Shown here one piece after another: positions 1 through 11,100 of a DNA stretch of 64,000 nt. How positions within the stretch are numbered: position 1 is the first letter of the stretch; the number at the start of each line of letters is the position of its first letter. Made by a program: the position numbers and the translations under genes. The DNA comes from an uncultured Planctomycetota bacterium. Its GTDB lineage: Bacteria > Planctomycetota > Planctomycetia > Isosphaerales > Isosphaeraceae. The notes beneath the pieces are model-generated. The model searched no databases. It was not told where the DNA came from and worked only from the letters and a program-made list of their open reading frames with translations. Where the stretch lies: the NCBI GenBank assembly GCA_963845755.1, contig CAWJTV010000011.1, positions 1 through 64,000 of the forward strand, written 5' to 3'.

Positions 1-72
1 GCTGTCGGGTGTTGCAGCGTAAGATCAGGAACGATCCTAACTCCTGACCCAATCATTGCCAAGAGGTTCGCC

Positions 73-1782
73 ATGACGATGCGCCGTCGACACTTCCTCG
101 CCGGATGCGGATCCGGGCTGGCAGGGCTGTTCGCTTCGACGGCCGGGCGGGGCCAGGAGCCCCGCGTCCGGCACGGGCGGGAGTTTGCCGCCGATCTCGT
201 CATCGTCGGAGGCGGCCTGGGCGGCTGTGCCGCGGCCCTGGCGGCCTTGCGGGTGGGCCGCACGGTCATCCTGACCGAGCCGACCGACTGGATCGGCGGC
301 CAGCTCACCGCGCAGGCCGTGCCGCCCGACGAGCATCCCTGGGTCGAACAGTTCGGCATCAACGCATCCTATCGCTCGTTGCGGCAGGGCATCCGCGACT
401 ATTACCGTCGCCATTATCCGATGACGGCCGAGGCGCGATTGGCCCGAGCCTTCAACCCCGGCAACGGAGGCGTCTCGAAGCTCTGCCACGAGCCCAGGGT
501 GGCGCTGGCCGCGTTGACGGCGATGCTGGCCCCCTCGGCATCGAGCGGCCGGCTCCTGACCCTGCTCGAGCACGAGCCGGTCCGCGCGGAGGCCCAGGGC
601 GACCGGGTCCGCGCCGTGGTGGTCCGCGACCGGAAGACCGGGCGGGAATGCACCCTGACCGCCCCCTATTTCCTCGACGCGACCGAGCTGGGCGACCTGT
701 TGCCGATGACCGGCACCGAGTACGTCATCGGCGCCGAGGCGCACGACCGAACCGGCGAGCCGCACGCGGCACCCGTCGCCCAGCCCGGCAACCAGCAGGG
801 GATCACCTGCTGCTTCGCGGTCGAGTATCGCGACGGCCAGGATCACACCATCGACCGGCCCGACGAATACGCCTTCTGGCGCGATCATGTTCCCACGATG
901 AAGCCGCCCTGGCCCGGCCGCCTCCTCGACCTGACCTATTGCAACCCGATCACGCTCGCGCCGGTGAACCGCGGGTTCGATCCGCGCGGGGCAGGGGAGG
1001 GACTGTGGCTCTACCGGCGAATCCTCGACCCCCGCAACTTCCAGCCCGGCGCCTATCCCGGCAGCACGGGGATCACCCTGGTCAACTGGCCGCAGAACGA
1101 CTACTGGCTCGGCCCGATGATCGGCCCCGGAGTCACGGCCGCCGACGCCGAAAAACACGTGGCGCGGGCCAAGCAGCTCAGCCTCTCGCTCCTGTACTGG
1201 CTCCAGACCGAATGTCCCCGCCCCGACGGCAAGGTCGGCTGGAAGGGATTGAAGCTCCGACCCGACCTGGTCGGCACCGAGGACGGACTGGCCAAGACGC
1301 CGTATATCCGCGAATCGCGCCGCATCGAGGCCGAGTTCACCGTTTTGGAGCAGCACGTGGGCACCGAGAGCCGCCGCGCCGAGTTGAAGCGGGAAGACGT
1401 CCAGGCCCAGGCATTCCCCGACAGCGTCGGCGTCGGCAGCTATCGAATCGACCTGCATCCCGGCACTAGCGGCGACAATTACATCGACATCAGCTCGCTG
1501 CCGTTCCAGATCCCGCTAGGCGCCTTGATCCCGCGCCGGGTCGAGAACCTGCTGCCGGCCTGCAAGAACCTGGGGACGACGCACATCACCAACGGCTGCT
1601 ACCGGCTCCATCCGGTCGAGTGGGCCATCGGCGAGGCCGCCGGGGCGCTCGCGGCATTCTGCCTCGAACACAACGAATCGCCCCGGTCGGTACGAAACAC
1701 GCCCAAACGCCTGGCCGCCTTCCAGGCCCGGCTGATGGCCCAGGGCGTCGAGATCGCCTGGCCGCGGATCACGCCGAGGTAG
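73..1782 (+). CDS. FAD-dependent oxidoreductase with Tat-like signal
   Basis: RRRHFL N-terminus, DLVIVGGGLGG Rossmann motif, PYIRESRRI, intact 569-aa ORF. Confidence 0.85.
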   Translation: MTMRRRHFLAGCGSGLAGLFASTAGRGQEPRVRHGREFAADLVIVGGGLGGCAAALAALRVGRTVILTEPTDWIGGQLTAQAVPPDEHPWVEQFGINASYRSLRQGIRDYYRRHYPMTAEARLARAFNPGNGGVSKLCHEPRVALAALTAMLAPSASSGRLLTLLEHEPVRAEAQGDRVRAVVVRDRKTGRECTLTAPYFLDATELGDLLPMTGTEYVIGAEAHDRTGEPHAAPVAQPGNQQGITCCFAVEYRDGQDHTIDRPDEYAFWRDHVPTMKPPWPGRLLDLTYCNPITLAPVNRGFDPRGAGEGLWLYRRILDPRNFQPGAYPGSTGITLVNWPQNDYWLGPMIGPGVTAADAEKHVARAKQLSLSLLYWLQTECPRPDGKVGWKGLKLRPDLVGTEDGLAKTPYIRESRRIEAEFTVLEQHVGTESRRAELKREDVQAQAFPDSVGVGSYRIDLHPGTSGDNYIDISSLPFQIPLGALIPRRVENLLPACKNLGTTHITNGCYRLHPVEWAIGEAAGALAAFCLEHNESPRSVRNTPKRLAAFQARLMAQGVEIAWPRITPR

Positions 1783-1882
1783 GTTGCTCTCGTACGGGGA
1801 TCGTCCGGCGTTGGTGGGGAAATCGATCCTGGATACAATGAGATGCGTGTCCTGGCCCGATCTTGCGTCGAGGAGCCCGACG

Positions 1883-2680
1883 ATGACCAGCCCGTTCCCC
1901 GGAATGGACCCTTTCCTGGAAGATCAGGGTTATTGGAAAGAGTTCCACACCGTATTCCTCACATGGACTCAAGACGCGCTCGGCGATCGTGTGCCGGACG
2001 CGTATGAAGTCCGGATCGAAGAACGATTGTCGCTGGTTTACGAGCCGGATCTCGACACCAAGCGCGACGTCTGGCCGGACGTCGGAATCCTTCGGTCAAC
2101 CGGAACAGCGGGAGCGAGCTCCCCGACCTCGGCTACGATGACTTTGGAACCGGTGGCCCTGGCCCTTCCCCGGCATCGACTGGAGGAAGTGTCCGAGGCT
2201 CGAATTGAGATTCGTCGGTTCCCGGATCGCGAATTGGTGACCGCCATCGAATTGCTCTCGCCAAGCAACAAAGAAGCTCCTGGTGAACCGATCTACTCCC
2301 AGAAGCGACTCGAGCTCATCCATCAACCCGTCCACCTGGTCGAGCTCGATCTCTTAATCCGCGGCAAGCGATTGGCCATGGAGGACGAATTGCCGAAAGG
2401 GCACTATTACGCGTTCGTTTCTCGCGCCGAGCGGCGATTCTTGTCGGATATCTACACCTGGTCGATCCGCGATCCTTTGCCGACGATCCCGATCCCTCTG
2501 ATGGCCCCTGACCCGGACATCCCACTCAACCTGGCGGAGGTCTTCAATACGGTCTACCAGCGGGCCCGTTACGCGCGCTCGATCGACTACACGGCGCCGC
2601 TCGATCTCCCGGTCAAACCCGAGGACCGCGCCTGGGCCGAAAAGATCGCGCGGGACTTCAATCCTCGAAAAGATCGGTGA
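1883..2680 (+). CDS. DUF4058 family protein
   Basis: Characteristic MTSPFPGMDPFLE start and IELLSPSNK motif; AGGAG RBS upstream. Confidence 0.85.
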   Translation: MTSPFPGMDPFLEDQGYWKEFHTVFLTWTQDALGDRVPDAYEVRIEERLSLVYEPDLDTKRDVWPDVGILRSTGTAGASSPTSATMTLEPVALALPRHRLEEVSEARIEIRRFPDRELVTAIELLSPSNKEAPGEPIYSQKRLELIHQPVHLVELDLLIRGKRLAMEDELPKGHYYAFVSRAERRFLSDIYTWSIRDPLPTIPIPLMAPDPDIPLNLAEVFNTVYQRARYARSIDYTAPLDLPVKPEDRAWAEKIARDFNPRKDR

Positions 2681-2970
2681 AGACGTTGGGCAAGCCGGCT
2701 CCAACCTTATCCAAATCGTTTCGACAAAAAGACTTAAGAATACGAATGACTCACCCGAGCGGAGGAATCGCGAATCAATCGAGTTGTCAAGGGCGCGCCG
2801 ACGACGGACAATGGTAGAGTGAGGTCGCGCGGATGGGGACGCGGCGGTCTTGGAATTCTCCGCGTCCTGTTCGTGTGCTCTGAAGACCCCGGGCTCCGGA
2901 ATTCGAAAGCTGGAGTTCGGAATCTGGAATTAGGAATCCCGGGTTCGGTTGGACTTGGGGTCCCGGAGGT

Positions 2971-3765
2971 TTGACTGTGAGTTCGAGCAATCCCGCATTT
3001 TCCCGCGACCTGTTCGCCGGCTACGAGCAAGTCTACGGTGCCTCCCGCACGCGGAGCACGACGACGACCGTGCAGGGGACGATCGGTAAGACGGCGATCC
3101 TGCTGGCGATCCTGTCCGCGACGGCGATCTGGTCGTGGAACGCGACGGGCGGCGGCACGCTCCCGCCGGCCTTGCTGGGCATCTCCGCGATCGGCGGCCT
3201 CGTCGTGGCCATGATCACGATGTTCAAGCCCACGGCCGCGCCCGTGACCGCACCGATCTATGCGGCGCTGGAGGGAATCTTCCTGGGCGCCTTGTCCCAG
3301 ATGGTCGAGATAGGGATTGGCAACCGGAAATTCCATGGTGTCCCCATGCACGGCATCGCCTTCCAGGCCGTGATCCTGACCTGCGGCGTGATGTTCGTGA
3401 TGCTGTTCGCCTACCAGACGCGGCTCATCCGCGTCACCGACAAGCTCCGGTCGGGCATCATCATGGCGACCGGGGCGCTTGGTTTGTTCTATCTCATCTC
3501 GATCCTGATGAGCCTGTTTGGCGCCCAGATGCCCTTGATTTTCAGCTCGTCCCCCATGGGGATCGGCTTCAGCCTGCTGGTGGTCGGGCTGGCGGCGTTC
3601 AACCTGCTGCTGGACTTCGACTTCATCGAGCAGGCCGCCTATCAGGGCGCCCCCAAGTACATGGAGTGGTACGGCGCCTTCGGCCTGATGGTCACGCTCA
3701 TCTGGCTCTACCTGGAAATCCTCCGACTCCTCATGAAGCTGGCCGCCTCGCAACGCGAGGAATAG
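2971..3765 (+). CDS. Bax inhibitor-1/YccA-like membrane protein
   Basis: SSNPAF start, multiple TM helices, LLLDFDFIE and PKYMEWYGAFGLMVTLIWLYLEILRLL motifs. Confidence 0.9.
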   Translation: MTVSSSNPAFSRDLFAGYEQVYGASRTRSTTTTVQGTIGKTAILLAILSATAIWSWNATGGGTLPPALLGISAIGGLVVAMITMFKPTAAPVTAPIYAALEGIFLGALSQMVEIGIGNRKFHGVPMHGIAFQAVILTCGVMFVMLFAYQTRLIRVTDKLRSGIIMATGALGLFYLISILMSLFGAQMPLIFSSSPMGIGFSLLVVGLAAFNLLLDFDFIEQAAYQGAPKYMEWYGAFGLMVTLIWLYLEILRLLMKLAASQREE

Positions 3766-3775
3766 CTCCTCACTG

Positions 3776-3840
3776 AGAAGGATGAAGGCCGAAGGATGAA
3801 TCAGACGATTTATGTCTGTCCCATTCATCCTTCATCCTTC
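3776..3840. repeat. Short 7-mer inverted repeat (GGATGAA/TTCATCC), possible bidirectional terminator
   Basis: gaaggatgaagg...gaaggatgaa versus ttcatccttcatccttc between convergent genes. Confidence 0.55.
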
Positions 3841-3842
3841 CA

Positions 3843-5093
3843 CTACTGGGGCGTCGTGCCACGGCCTTTCTTTCGGAACCACTGCTGGTAATGAGCGGCC
3901 TTGCGTGACGTGCCCATTTGACCGAGTGCGAGAGAATCCTCGGTCTTTTGGAGGTTGGCCCATTCACTGGCCACTTCCGCCGTCTGCGGGGCGGTCGAGA
4001 GGACGGCGCGGATCTGGCCGGATGCGCTGCACGCGGCGGCCAGGTCCTGCCGATCGATCGCCGCGATGACCTCCTTGCGGGCCCGGGCTGCCATCAACAA
4101 GGCCACCTGCTCGGCGACCGCCGGGTCGACCGGCATCTCGGACCACTGCCGGGCCGGGACAGCCGAGATGATCAGTGCGGCGCCCAGCGACCGCCGACCC
4201 GATTCCTCGCCCCGCGGTTGTTCCCAGTCGAGCCAGAACCGGCCGATCTCGGCCCGGTCGCGTTGCGGCGGCACCCTGAGCCGAACGAGAATCGAGATCG
4301 GCATCCCCATCACCAGGTTGGGGAGCTTCCGACGTCCCGACGGCTCGCGTTCCAGCTCGTTCATGACCTCCGCGACGACGACCCCGCCGTCGGTCTCGAT
4401 CCGCAGCCCCACATCCCGGCCGCTGGTCGCCATCAGGCCGTTCAGCTCCGTCTGGAAGATATCGGCCAACTGGACCGAACTCTCGACGTAGTAATAGTTG
4501 CCGTCGCCGGCATCGGCCATGGCTTCGAGCAGGTCCTCGTGGTAATCGTCGCCCACGCCGATGGTGCTGGTGCTGACCCGGCGGTCGGTCATTCCCTTGA
4601 CGTCGGCCCGGATCACGTTCGGGTCGGTCACCCCGACATTGGCCAGGCCGTCGGTCAAGAGCAGGACGCGGTTCAAGGCGTCCCAGTCGACGTGCTCGGC
4701 CACCTGCTGGGCCCCCGCGGTCCAACCGCCGTGCAAGGCCGTGCTCCCGCGCGGCAGGATTCCCCGAACCCGGGCGATCAGCCCCGGCTTATCGACGACC
4801 GGCGCGCTCGGCGCGATCGTCTCGATGTGATCGTCGTAAATCGTGACGCTCACGCGGTCGGTGGGAAGCAACTGGCTGATGGCGAAGCACGCCGCCTCGC
4901 AAGCCTGGCTCATCTTCCGGCCGGAGGCCATCGAGCCCGACCGGTCCAGCACAATCCCCAGATTGATCGGCGGCCGGAGGAAATGGATATCCGGGACCGG
5001 TGGGACAATCCGTACCAGCACATCCAGGAAGCACGATTCGTCCTGACAGACGGCCGGACGTGCGGCGATGATTTCCAGTTTTGGGGGCTGCAT
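3843..5093 (-). CDS. VWA domain protein
   Basis: VLDRSGSM MIDAS motif, LLLTDGLANVG, ADAGDGNYYY. Confidence 0.9.
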   Translation of the reverse strand: MQPPKLEIIAARPAVCQDESCFLDVLVRIVPPVPDIHFLRPPINLGIVLDRSGSMASGRKMSQACEAACFAISQLLPTDRVSVTIYDDHIETIAPSAPVVDKPGLIARVRGILPRGSTALHGGWTAGAQQVAEHVDWDALNRVLLLTDGLANVGVTDPNVIRADVKGMTDRRVSTSTIGVGDDYHEDLLEAMADAGDGNYYYVESSVQLADIFQTELNGLMATSGRDVGLRIETDGGVVVAEVMNELEREPSGRRKLPNLVMGMPISILVRLRVPPQRDRAEIGRFWLDWEQPRGEESGRRSLGAALIISAVPARQWSEMPVDPAVAEQVALLMAARARKEVIAAIDRQDLAAACSASGQIRAVLSTAPQTAEVASEWANLQKTEDSLALGQMGTSRKAAHYQQWFRKKGRGTTPQ

Positions 5094-5370
5094 GATTGTC
5101 GACATCCTCGGGAGATGAGCGGTTGTGCGACCCGCGACGCGAGGAGGAACGGCCCGCACGCCGGCCGATTCGCTCCCTGGATGAATACGCACGACCTATC
5201 CATAAACTAACGAGATGGGTCCCGGAAACACAATCTCTTTTGAGTCGATGGGTGGAGGAGTGGGCCGACGGCCGGTCCGACGGCACCGACGGCCGACTCG
5301 CCCCTTTGCGGTCCCCGGGCGCCCGGCTATAGTGGCAGGACCAGAGGCCCTGACATCCGGGAGAACGACG

Positions 5371-6534
5371 ATGAGTCATCGCAAGTTGCGCGTGGGGATG
5401 GTAGGCGGGGGCGGTCCGGCGAACTTCTTCGGGGCACCGCATCGGCGTGGGATCTTGATGGACAACTCGGCCGAGCTGACCGCCGGCGCGCTGCGGAGCA
5501 AGGCCGAGGATTCCCTCGCCGCGGCGCGCGAGCTGTTCATGCCCCGCGGCTATCCCGACTGGCAGACGATGATCCAGTCCGAGGCGGCGCTTCCCGAGTC
5601 GGAGCGGATCGACTACGTCACGATCGTCACGCCCAACGACGCCCATTTCGGCCCGGCGGACGCCGCCGCCGCCGCCGGGATCGGCGTCCTCTGCGAGAAG
5701 CCGCTGACCACCACGCTCGACGAGGCCCGCCGGCTCCATGCCACGGTCCGCTCCAAGGACACTCCTTTCGTCGTGGCCTACACCTACACCGGCTTCCCGA
5801 TGGTGATGATGGCCCGCGAGCTGGTGCACGATGGCGAGATCGGCGAGATCCGCAAGGTCGAGGCGTGGTATCCCCAGGGCTGGCTGGCCACGAAGCTCGA
5901 GGCCGACAACCAGAAGCAAGCGGCGTGGCGGGTCAACCCGTCCAAGGCGGGCGGCTCGGGCTGCGGCGGCGACATCGGCACGCATGCTTATGAATTCGTT
6001 CGTTTTGTCGCCGGCCTCTCGGCCATCAAGCTCCGCGCCCGGCTCAAGACATTCGTGCCCGGCCGGGCCCTCGACGACGATTTCACCGTCCTGGCCGACC
6101 TCAATAACGGCGTGATCGCCACCATCATGGCCTCGCAGGTCACCATCGGCGCCCAGAACGACAACGGATTCCGCGTCATCGGCACCACGGGGACCCTCGA
6201 ATGGTCGATCACCGACCACACGGTGCTGAAGCACTATGCCGGCGGCCAGCCGTTGCGACTCTATCGCCAGGGAGCCGAGTACGGCTACATCCCCGAGTCC
6301 GTCAAGCCGTACCTCCGGCTCCCCTCCGGGCACCCCGAAGGCTTCCACGAAGCCCTCGCCAATCTGCACCGGACCCTGGAATGGACCATCCGCGGCAATC
6401 GCGGCCAGAAGGCCCCCAAGCCGTTCGACCATCCCGGCATCGCCGACGGCGTCGCCGGCATGGCCTTCATCGAGGCCGCCGTCGCCAGCTCGAAGCAGGA
6501 TGGGGAGTGGGTGGAGGTTCCCAAGGTGGGCTAA
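5371..6534 (+). CDS. Gfo/Idh/MocA family oxidoreductase
   Basis: LRVGMVGGG, CEKP, GDIGTH, LPSGHPEGF motifs. Confidence 0.9.
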   Translation: MSHRKLRVGMVGGGGPANFFGAPHRRGILMDNSAELTAGALRSKAEDSLAAARELFMPRGYPDWQTMIQSEAALPESERIDYVTIVTPNDAHFGPADAAAAAGIGVLCEKPLTTTLDEARRLHATVRSKDTPFVVAYTYTGFPMVMMARELVHDGEIGEIRKVEAWYPQGWLATKLEADNQKQAAWRVNPSKAGGSGCGGDIGTHAYEFVRFVAGLSAIKLRARLKTFVPGRALDDDFTVLADLNNGVIATIMASQVTIGAQNDNGFRVIGTTGTLEWSITDHTVLKHYAGGQPLRLYRQGAEYGYIPESVKPYLRLPSGHPEGFHEALANLHRTLEWTIRGNRGQKAPKPFDHPGIADGVAGMAFIEAAVASSKQDGEWVEVPKVG

Positions 6535-6589
6535 GTTGCCTTGTCCTTCGGATCTGTCGGATCTGTCAGATTTGGAGGGAGAGGAATCC

Positions 6590-6659
6590 GATTAAGAGTA
6601 AGATGAGGAGTAAGACTAGGAAGAGGAGTAGGAGCAAGAGTAAGAGGAAGAGTAGGATC
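6590..6659. repeat. Left arm of 6-mer-based inverted repeat flanking the four-helix-bundle gene
   Basis: aagactaggaagaggagtaggagcaagag matches the reverse complement of 7421-7449 at 27/29. Confidence 0.75.
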
Positions 6660-6722
6660 TGATGCACGCCTCTGAGGCGGCCTGGTTGAATCGCCACAGA
6701 GGACCATCAGGAGTCGGAGTTC

Positions 6723-7127
6723 ATGAAGGTGACTGAGGAGACCTGGTTCGATCACGAAAGACTGGAGGTCTATTGCGAAGCCATCGCGCTCGTCGCATGG
6801 CTGTCGGGCGTCTTGGAGGGAGCCGTGCGCGTCGGTGAGGTCAAAGACCAGTTGGATCGCGCCTCCACGTCGATCCCACTGAATATTGCCGAAGGCAACG
6901 GCAAGTATTCCCCCAAGGATCGGTGCCGCTTCTTCGATATCGCCCACGGCTCCGCGCTGGAATGCGCCGCCAGGCTGGATATCCTCGTCGCCAAGGCGAA
7001 GCTAACCCTCGACGACATTCGCCCCGGCAAGGAGCGTCTCCAGAGAATCGTGCGGATGCTCATGGGATTGATCAAACGAAACTCGACACGCGACTATGAC
7101 AAACACCAGCCGGCGGACACGGTCTGA
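6723..7127 (+). CDS. Four helix bundle protein (23S rRNA IVP/Avd-like)
   Basis: FDHERLEVY, DQLDRASTSIPLNIAEG, RFFDIAHGSALEC motifs. Confidence 0.92.
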   Translation: MKVTEETWFDHERLEVYCEAIALVAWLSGVLEGAVRVGEVKDQLDRASTSIPLNIAEGNGKYSPKDRCRFFDIAHGSALECAARLDILVAKAKLTLDDIRPGKERLQRIVRMLMGLIKRNSTRDYDKHQPADTV

Positions 7128-7139
7128 GACCGACTAATC

Positions 7140-7422
7140 CTAACGCGGCCTTCGGCCGCAACCCCATCGGGATTTCCGATTCGCGATTCCGGATTCCCGA
7201 AGGGGAATGATCCGGGAATCCGGAATCTCGAATCCGGAATTCGGAATCCCCAGAGGCGCACGGCGCAGGGAGCCTACGGAGGACGACTCGAACGCGGCCT
7301 TCGGCCGCAACCCAATCGCGATTCCCGATTCCCGAAGGGGAATGATCCGGGAATCCGGAATCTCGAATCCGGAATTCGGAATCCCCAGAGGCGCATGCGC
7401 AGGGAGCCTACGGAGGACGACT
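7140..7422. repeat. Two tandem copies of a structured repeat element (ctaacgcggccttcggccgcaacc...GGAATCC 7-mers)
   Basis: Units start at 7140 and 7289; same family as 41597-41967. Confidence 0.85.
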
Positions 7423-7460
7423 CTTGCTCTTACTCCTCTTCCTAATCTTCATCTTAATCT
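7421..7460. repeat. Right arm of inverted repeat flanking the four-helix-bundle gene
   Basis: ctcttgctcttactcctcttcctaatcttcatcttaatct is complementary to the 6590-6659 arm. Confidence 0.75.
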
Positions 7461-7524
7461 GAATTCGAAATCATTGAGTTTTCGGCACAGCACGCGAATA
7501 GGACAAAGGCAGAGGAGCCCACCC

Positions 7525-8004
7525 GTGAAAGACCCCTTGGTCCGATTCAGCGTCGCGATCGGCGGCGAGCTCCTCCACAAGTTCGACCAGTACCGTGAGC
7601 TGCACCGCTATCCGAATCGGAGCGAAGCCGTGCGCGGCTTGATGCGCGGCGCCCTGATCGAAGAGGTGATCACCCAGGACGAGAGCGAGGCGATGGGGGT
7701 CGTCACGTTGATCTACGACCACCATGTCTCGCGGATCGCCCGCCGGCTAACCGACTTGCAGCACCATCACCTCGACCGAGTCGTCACGACGACCCACGTC
7801 CACCTCGACGAGCACCGATGCCTGGAAGTGATCCTGCTCCGCGGCCCGGCGCAGCAGATCCGCGAGCTGGCCAACAACCTGATCGGCACCAAGGGCGTCG
7901 AGACCGGCCGCCTCGTCCTCGCCAACGCCAAGCCCGTCCCCGGCCGCAACGGCGAAGGTCCTACGCACCCTCATCACGACCACGATCATCCTCATCACGA
8001 ATGA
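7525..8004 (+). CDS. nikR: Nickel-responsive transcriptional regulator with His-rich tail
   Basis: VRFSVAI RHH domain, NRSEAVR, YDHH, THVHLDEHRCLEVI; GTG start after GAGGAG. Confidence 0.92.
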   Translation: MKDPLVRFSVAIGGELLHKFDQYRELHRYPNRSEAVRGLMRGALIEEVITQDESEAMGVVTLIYDHHVSRIARRLTDLQHHHLDRVVTTTHVHLDEHRCLEVILLRGPAQQIRELANNLIGTKGVETGRLVLANAKPVPGRNGEGPTHPHHDHDHPHHE

Positions 8005-8184
8005 AGCGGCCAAGCCGTAGCACAGGGACACGCGCCGACCCATTCATTCCTCACGAAACCCGATCTCCGGCCAGGATGCGTGCGGTCTCAGGAGGGAGCG
8101 CCGGTGCTCGAGAAAGAGTCATCGTTCGAGTCTCCGACGCGCCCCGCAGTGCGACCGAATCTCCTGGGAAGAAGACGCGCGACT

Positions 8185-11100
8185 TCACGGCCCCGAGATC
8201 AACCACACCCGGACCTTCCGCCGCTCCTGGTGGAACGTCAAGGACGTCTGCTTCGAGACGTTCTCCAGCAGGCGTCTGAGCAGCTCGCGACCCGACTCGG
8301 TGTCCGAGGCCATCTCGTTCATCGTGTCAACGAGATGGTCGCGCCACTGGACCTTCTCATCGGGATGATCCGGTCTCGTCGATGACCAGGCAGCTCGACG
8401 CGGTTGCCCAGCCAGTCCAGCATCTCCCTCAGCGAGCCCGAGCCACCTCCGCCTTCGTTGGAGGGGAACGACCCCGTGCCCAGGTGGACGAACCGCTCGT
8501 TCGGCAGGTCGCCCAGCGGGTGAAATTGATACCGGCCCGCGGCGACGATGACCTCCCGCTCGATCTCGCGCGAGGTGAAGTGGATGGGCATCTTCAGCTC
8601 ATCGGCGAGGATCGTCTCCAGCGCCTTCAACTGATCGGTCGGTCGAGGCACCTGGGCGAACGATCCAGTCGCCCGGTACGGGCCGATTCAGGAGATCGGC
8701 GGGCCCGTCGAACTCGCCGCGCCGAAGCTTGAGGACGAAGTCGAGGACATCCTGCAAGCGACTGATCCCCATGCCCCCCCAGTGACGCAATCGCCCGTCC
8801 CAGCGAAAGATCTCGCTACGCTGCGGATCCGGCCGCCCGCCGCGCGAGGTGTAGAACAAATAGTCGGACCGCTCGGGAGGATACGGTGGCCCGACGCGTT
8901 TGAGGATCTGGCCGTCGGCGAGTGCGTACTTCTGATCGAACCGCAGGCGCCAGGCGGGGAGCTTCGCCTTGACGCCCATCCGCGCCTCCAGCTCGCGCTC
9001 GAGGGTCCAGGGGGAATCCACGCCCTCGAGGACCTTGCCGTCGGGGCCGATGAGCAGGTTGACGGGCTGAAGGCCGCCAGCCCTGGCGACTCGTCCTGGA
9101 CGCCGAAGGCGGCGTGGGTCGCGCCGGGGCCCTTGGCGTCGGTCCCCTCGATCGGCGTCGGCCCGCCGCCATCGAGGGCGATCCGGAAGGGCAAGGCGCG
9201 ATTGCCCCAATCCTCGCGGCGAAGGGCGTGGGCCTGCCAATCCTCGACCGAGGCGACGCCCCAGTCGCGCTGGATGGCGATGATGACCAATCCCTGGTCG
9301 GCGAACTTCTCGTGCAGCGCCATGAGCTCGGACATCTGGAACTCGCTCTGCAGAGTTCCAGAAATGGAGCAAGACGAATTTCCCGCGGAGGTCGGCCAGC
9401 TTGACCGGAGGCCCGCCGGCCCAGGCCTGGATCGCGCGGAACTCGGGCGCGGGCTGGCCGATCAACTGCTTCCACAGGTCGAGCGGAGGCTCGGGCCGGG
9501 CCACGACGTCTGGCAGCGAGTGCGCGGGGCGCGAACTCTTCGGGTGCGGGCTCGAGCCGGAAGATCCGCACGGTGCCGTTGCCCAGCGCCGCCGCGAAGT
9601 GCCGGCTGTCGGGCGCGACGGCGATATCGCGGATCGCGAACTGGCCCGCCTCGCAGACCCGGATCGTCTCCCGAAGCGTGCCGTTACGCGGGTCCCAGAC
9701 CTGGGCGAGGCCGTCGCGGCCGACGCCCAGCAGCGTGCGGCCGTCGGGGCTGAAGGCCAGGTGATCGGCCCACTGGTCGAGGCGGTAGAGCGGCCGCTCT
9801 TCGGCCAGGCCCCAGAGGACGACGACAGGCTTTCCCTTCTCTTCGTCCGGATAGTTCCAGCCCGCCAGCGCGAGGACCCGACCGTCAGGGCTCAGGGCGG
9901 TCACGCCGCAGTCTGAGATGGCAAGAGCCCATCTTCGATCGTTCGCTCGATCTTCTCTTGCTGGAGATCCCAGACGAGCAGCCGGCGCTTCCGCGGCGAC
10001 CGGCTCCGACTCGCCCGCGAAGATCAGCTTCTTGCTATCGGGCGTGAACAGGTACGACCCGTCGCCCGACTTCGAACTGGGCTTTCGGCTTGCCGGTGGC
10101 CCGATCCCAGACCGTGAGCCCGCCTCCTCCTCGCCGCGACAAGCGTCTCGGCCGCGACCCAGCGGCCGTCCGGGCTGAAGCGGACCCTCTGCCCCAGGTC
10201 GCCCTCGCCCTTCCAGGTTCGGAGACGCCTGCCGGAAGGGAGTTCCCAGAGGACCAATTCGGGTGTGAACCCAATCGAAGCCAGCGACTTGCCGTCGGGG
10301 CTGAACGCGACCGACTGGACGTAGGTTGTGTGACCTTCCAAAGTCATTCGCTCGCGGCGAGTGGCGAGGTCCCAGAGCTTGACCGTGCGGTCGGAGCTGC
10401 CCGTGGCCAGGGTCGTCCCGTCGGGGCTGAACGCGACCGACTCGATGGCGCCGCCGTGTCCTGTCAGGCTGGGTGTCTTCTCCCGACCGGTGGCGATATC
10501 CCAGAGCTTGATCGTCAGGCCGGTGGTCGCGATCGTCGCGCCGTCAGGGCTCACCGCGATGGCGTTCATTCCGACGGGCTGCTTGGGCGAGGACCACACC
10601 TCCTTGCCCGTGGCCACGTCGATCATCCGGGCCGCGAAGCCCAGCGACAAGGCCAGGTGGCGGCCATCGGGGGCGAATGCCAGCGCCTCGGCGCCGAGGC
10701 CATTCGGCTCGGGGGAACGTGGTGTCGGATCGTCCAGGTCGTCGTATCCCAGAGGACCAATCCCTGCTCGTGGCCCGCCGCGGCGAGCGTCGCTCCATCC
10801 GGGCTGAAGGCGACGGCTTCTCCACGCGCTCGCGGAGTGGCTCCAGAGTCTTGGTCGAGTCGGCCGGTGGCGACCTCCCAGACGTGGATCTTGCCGTCCT
10901 CGCCGCCGGAGACGAGGGTCCGGCCGTCGGGGCTGAAGGCCAGCCCGCCGACCGATCGGCCATGTTCGCCGAGCCGTTTCATGTGGACGCGCTGACGGCC
11001 GGCGGAGATGTCCCAGAGTCCGGATCTCGTCGTCGGCCGAGGCGACGAGCTTGCCGTCGGGGCTGATCGCTACGGCGGAGATGAAGTTCCGATGGCCCTT

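Noticed and set aside
6723..7127. Diversity-generating retroelement (Avd-like gene plus repeats)
   Set aside because: No reverse transcriptase; the duplicated segments differ at all bases, not only adenines
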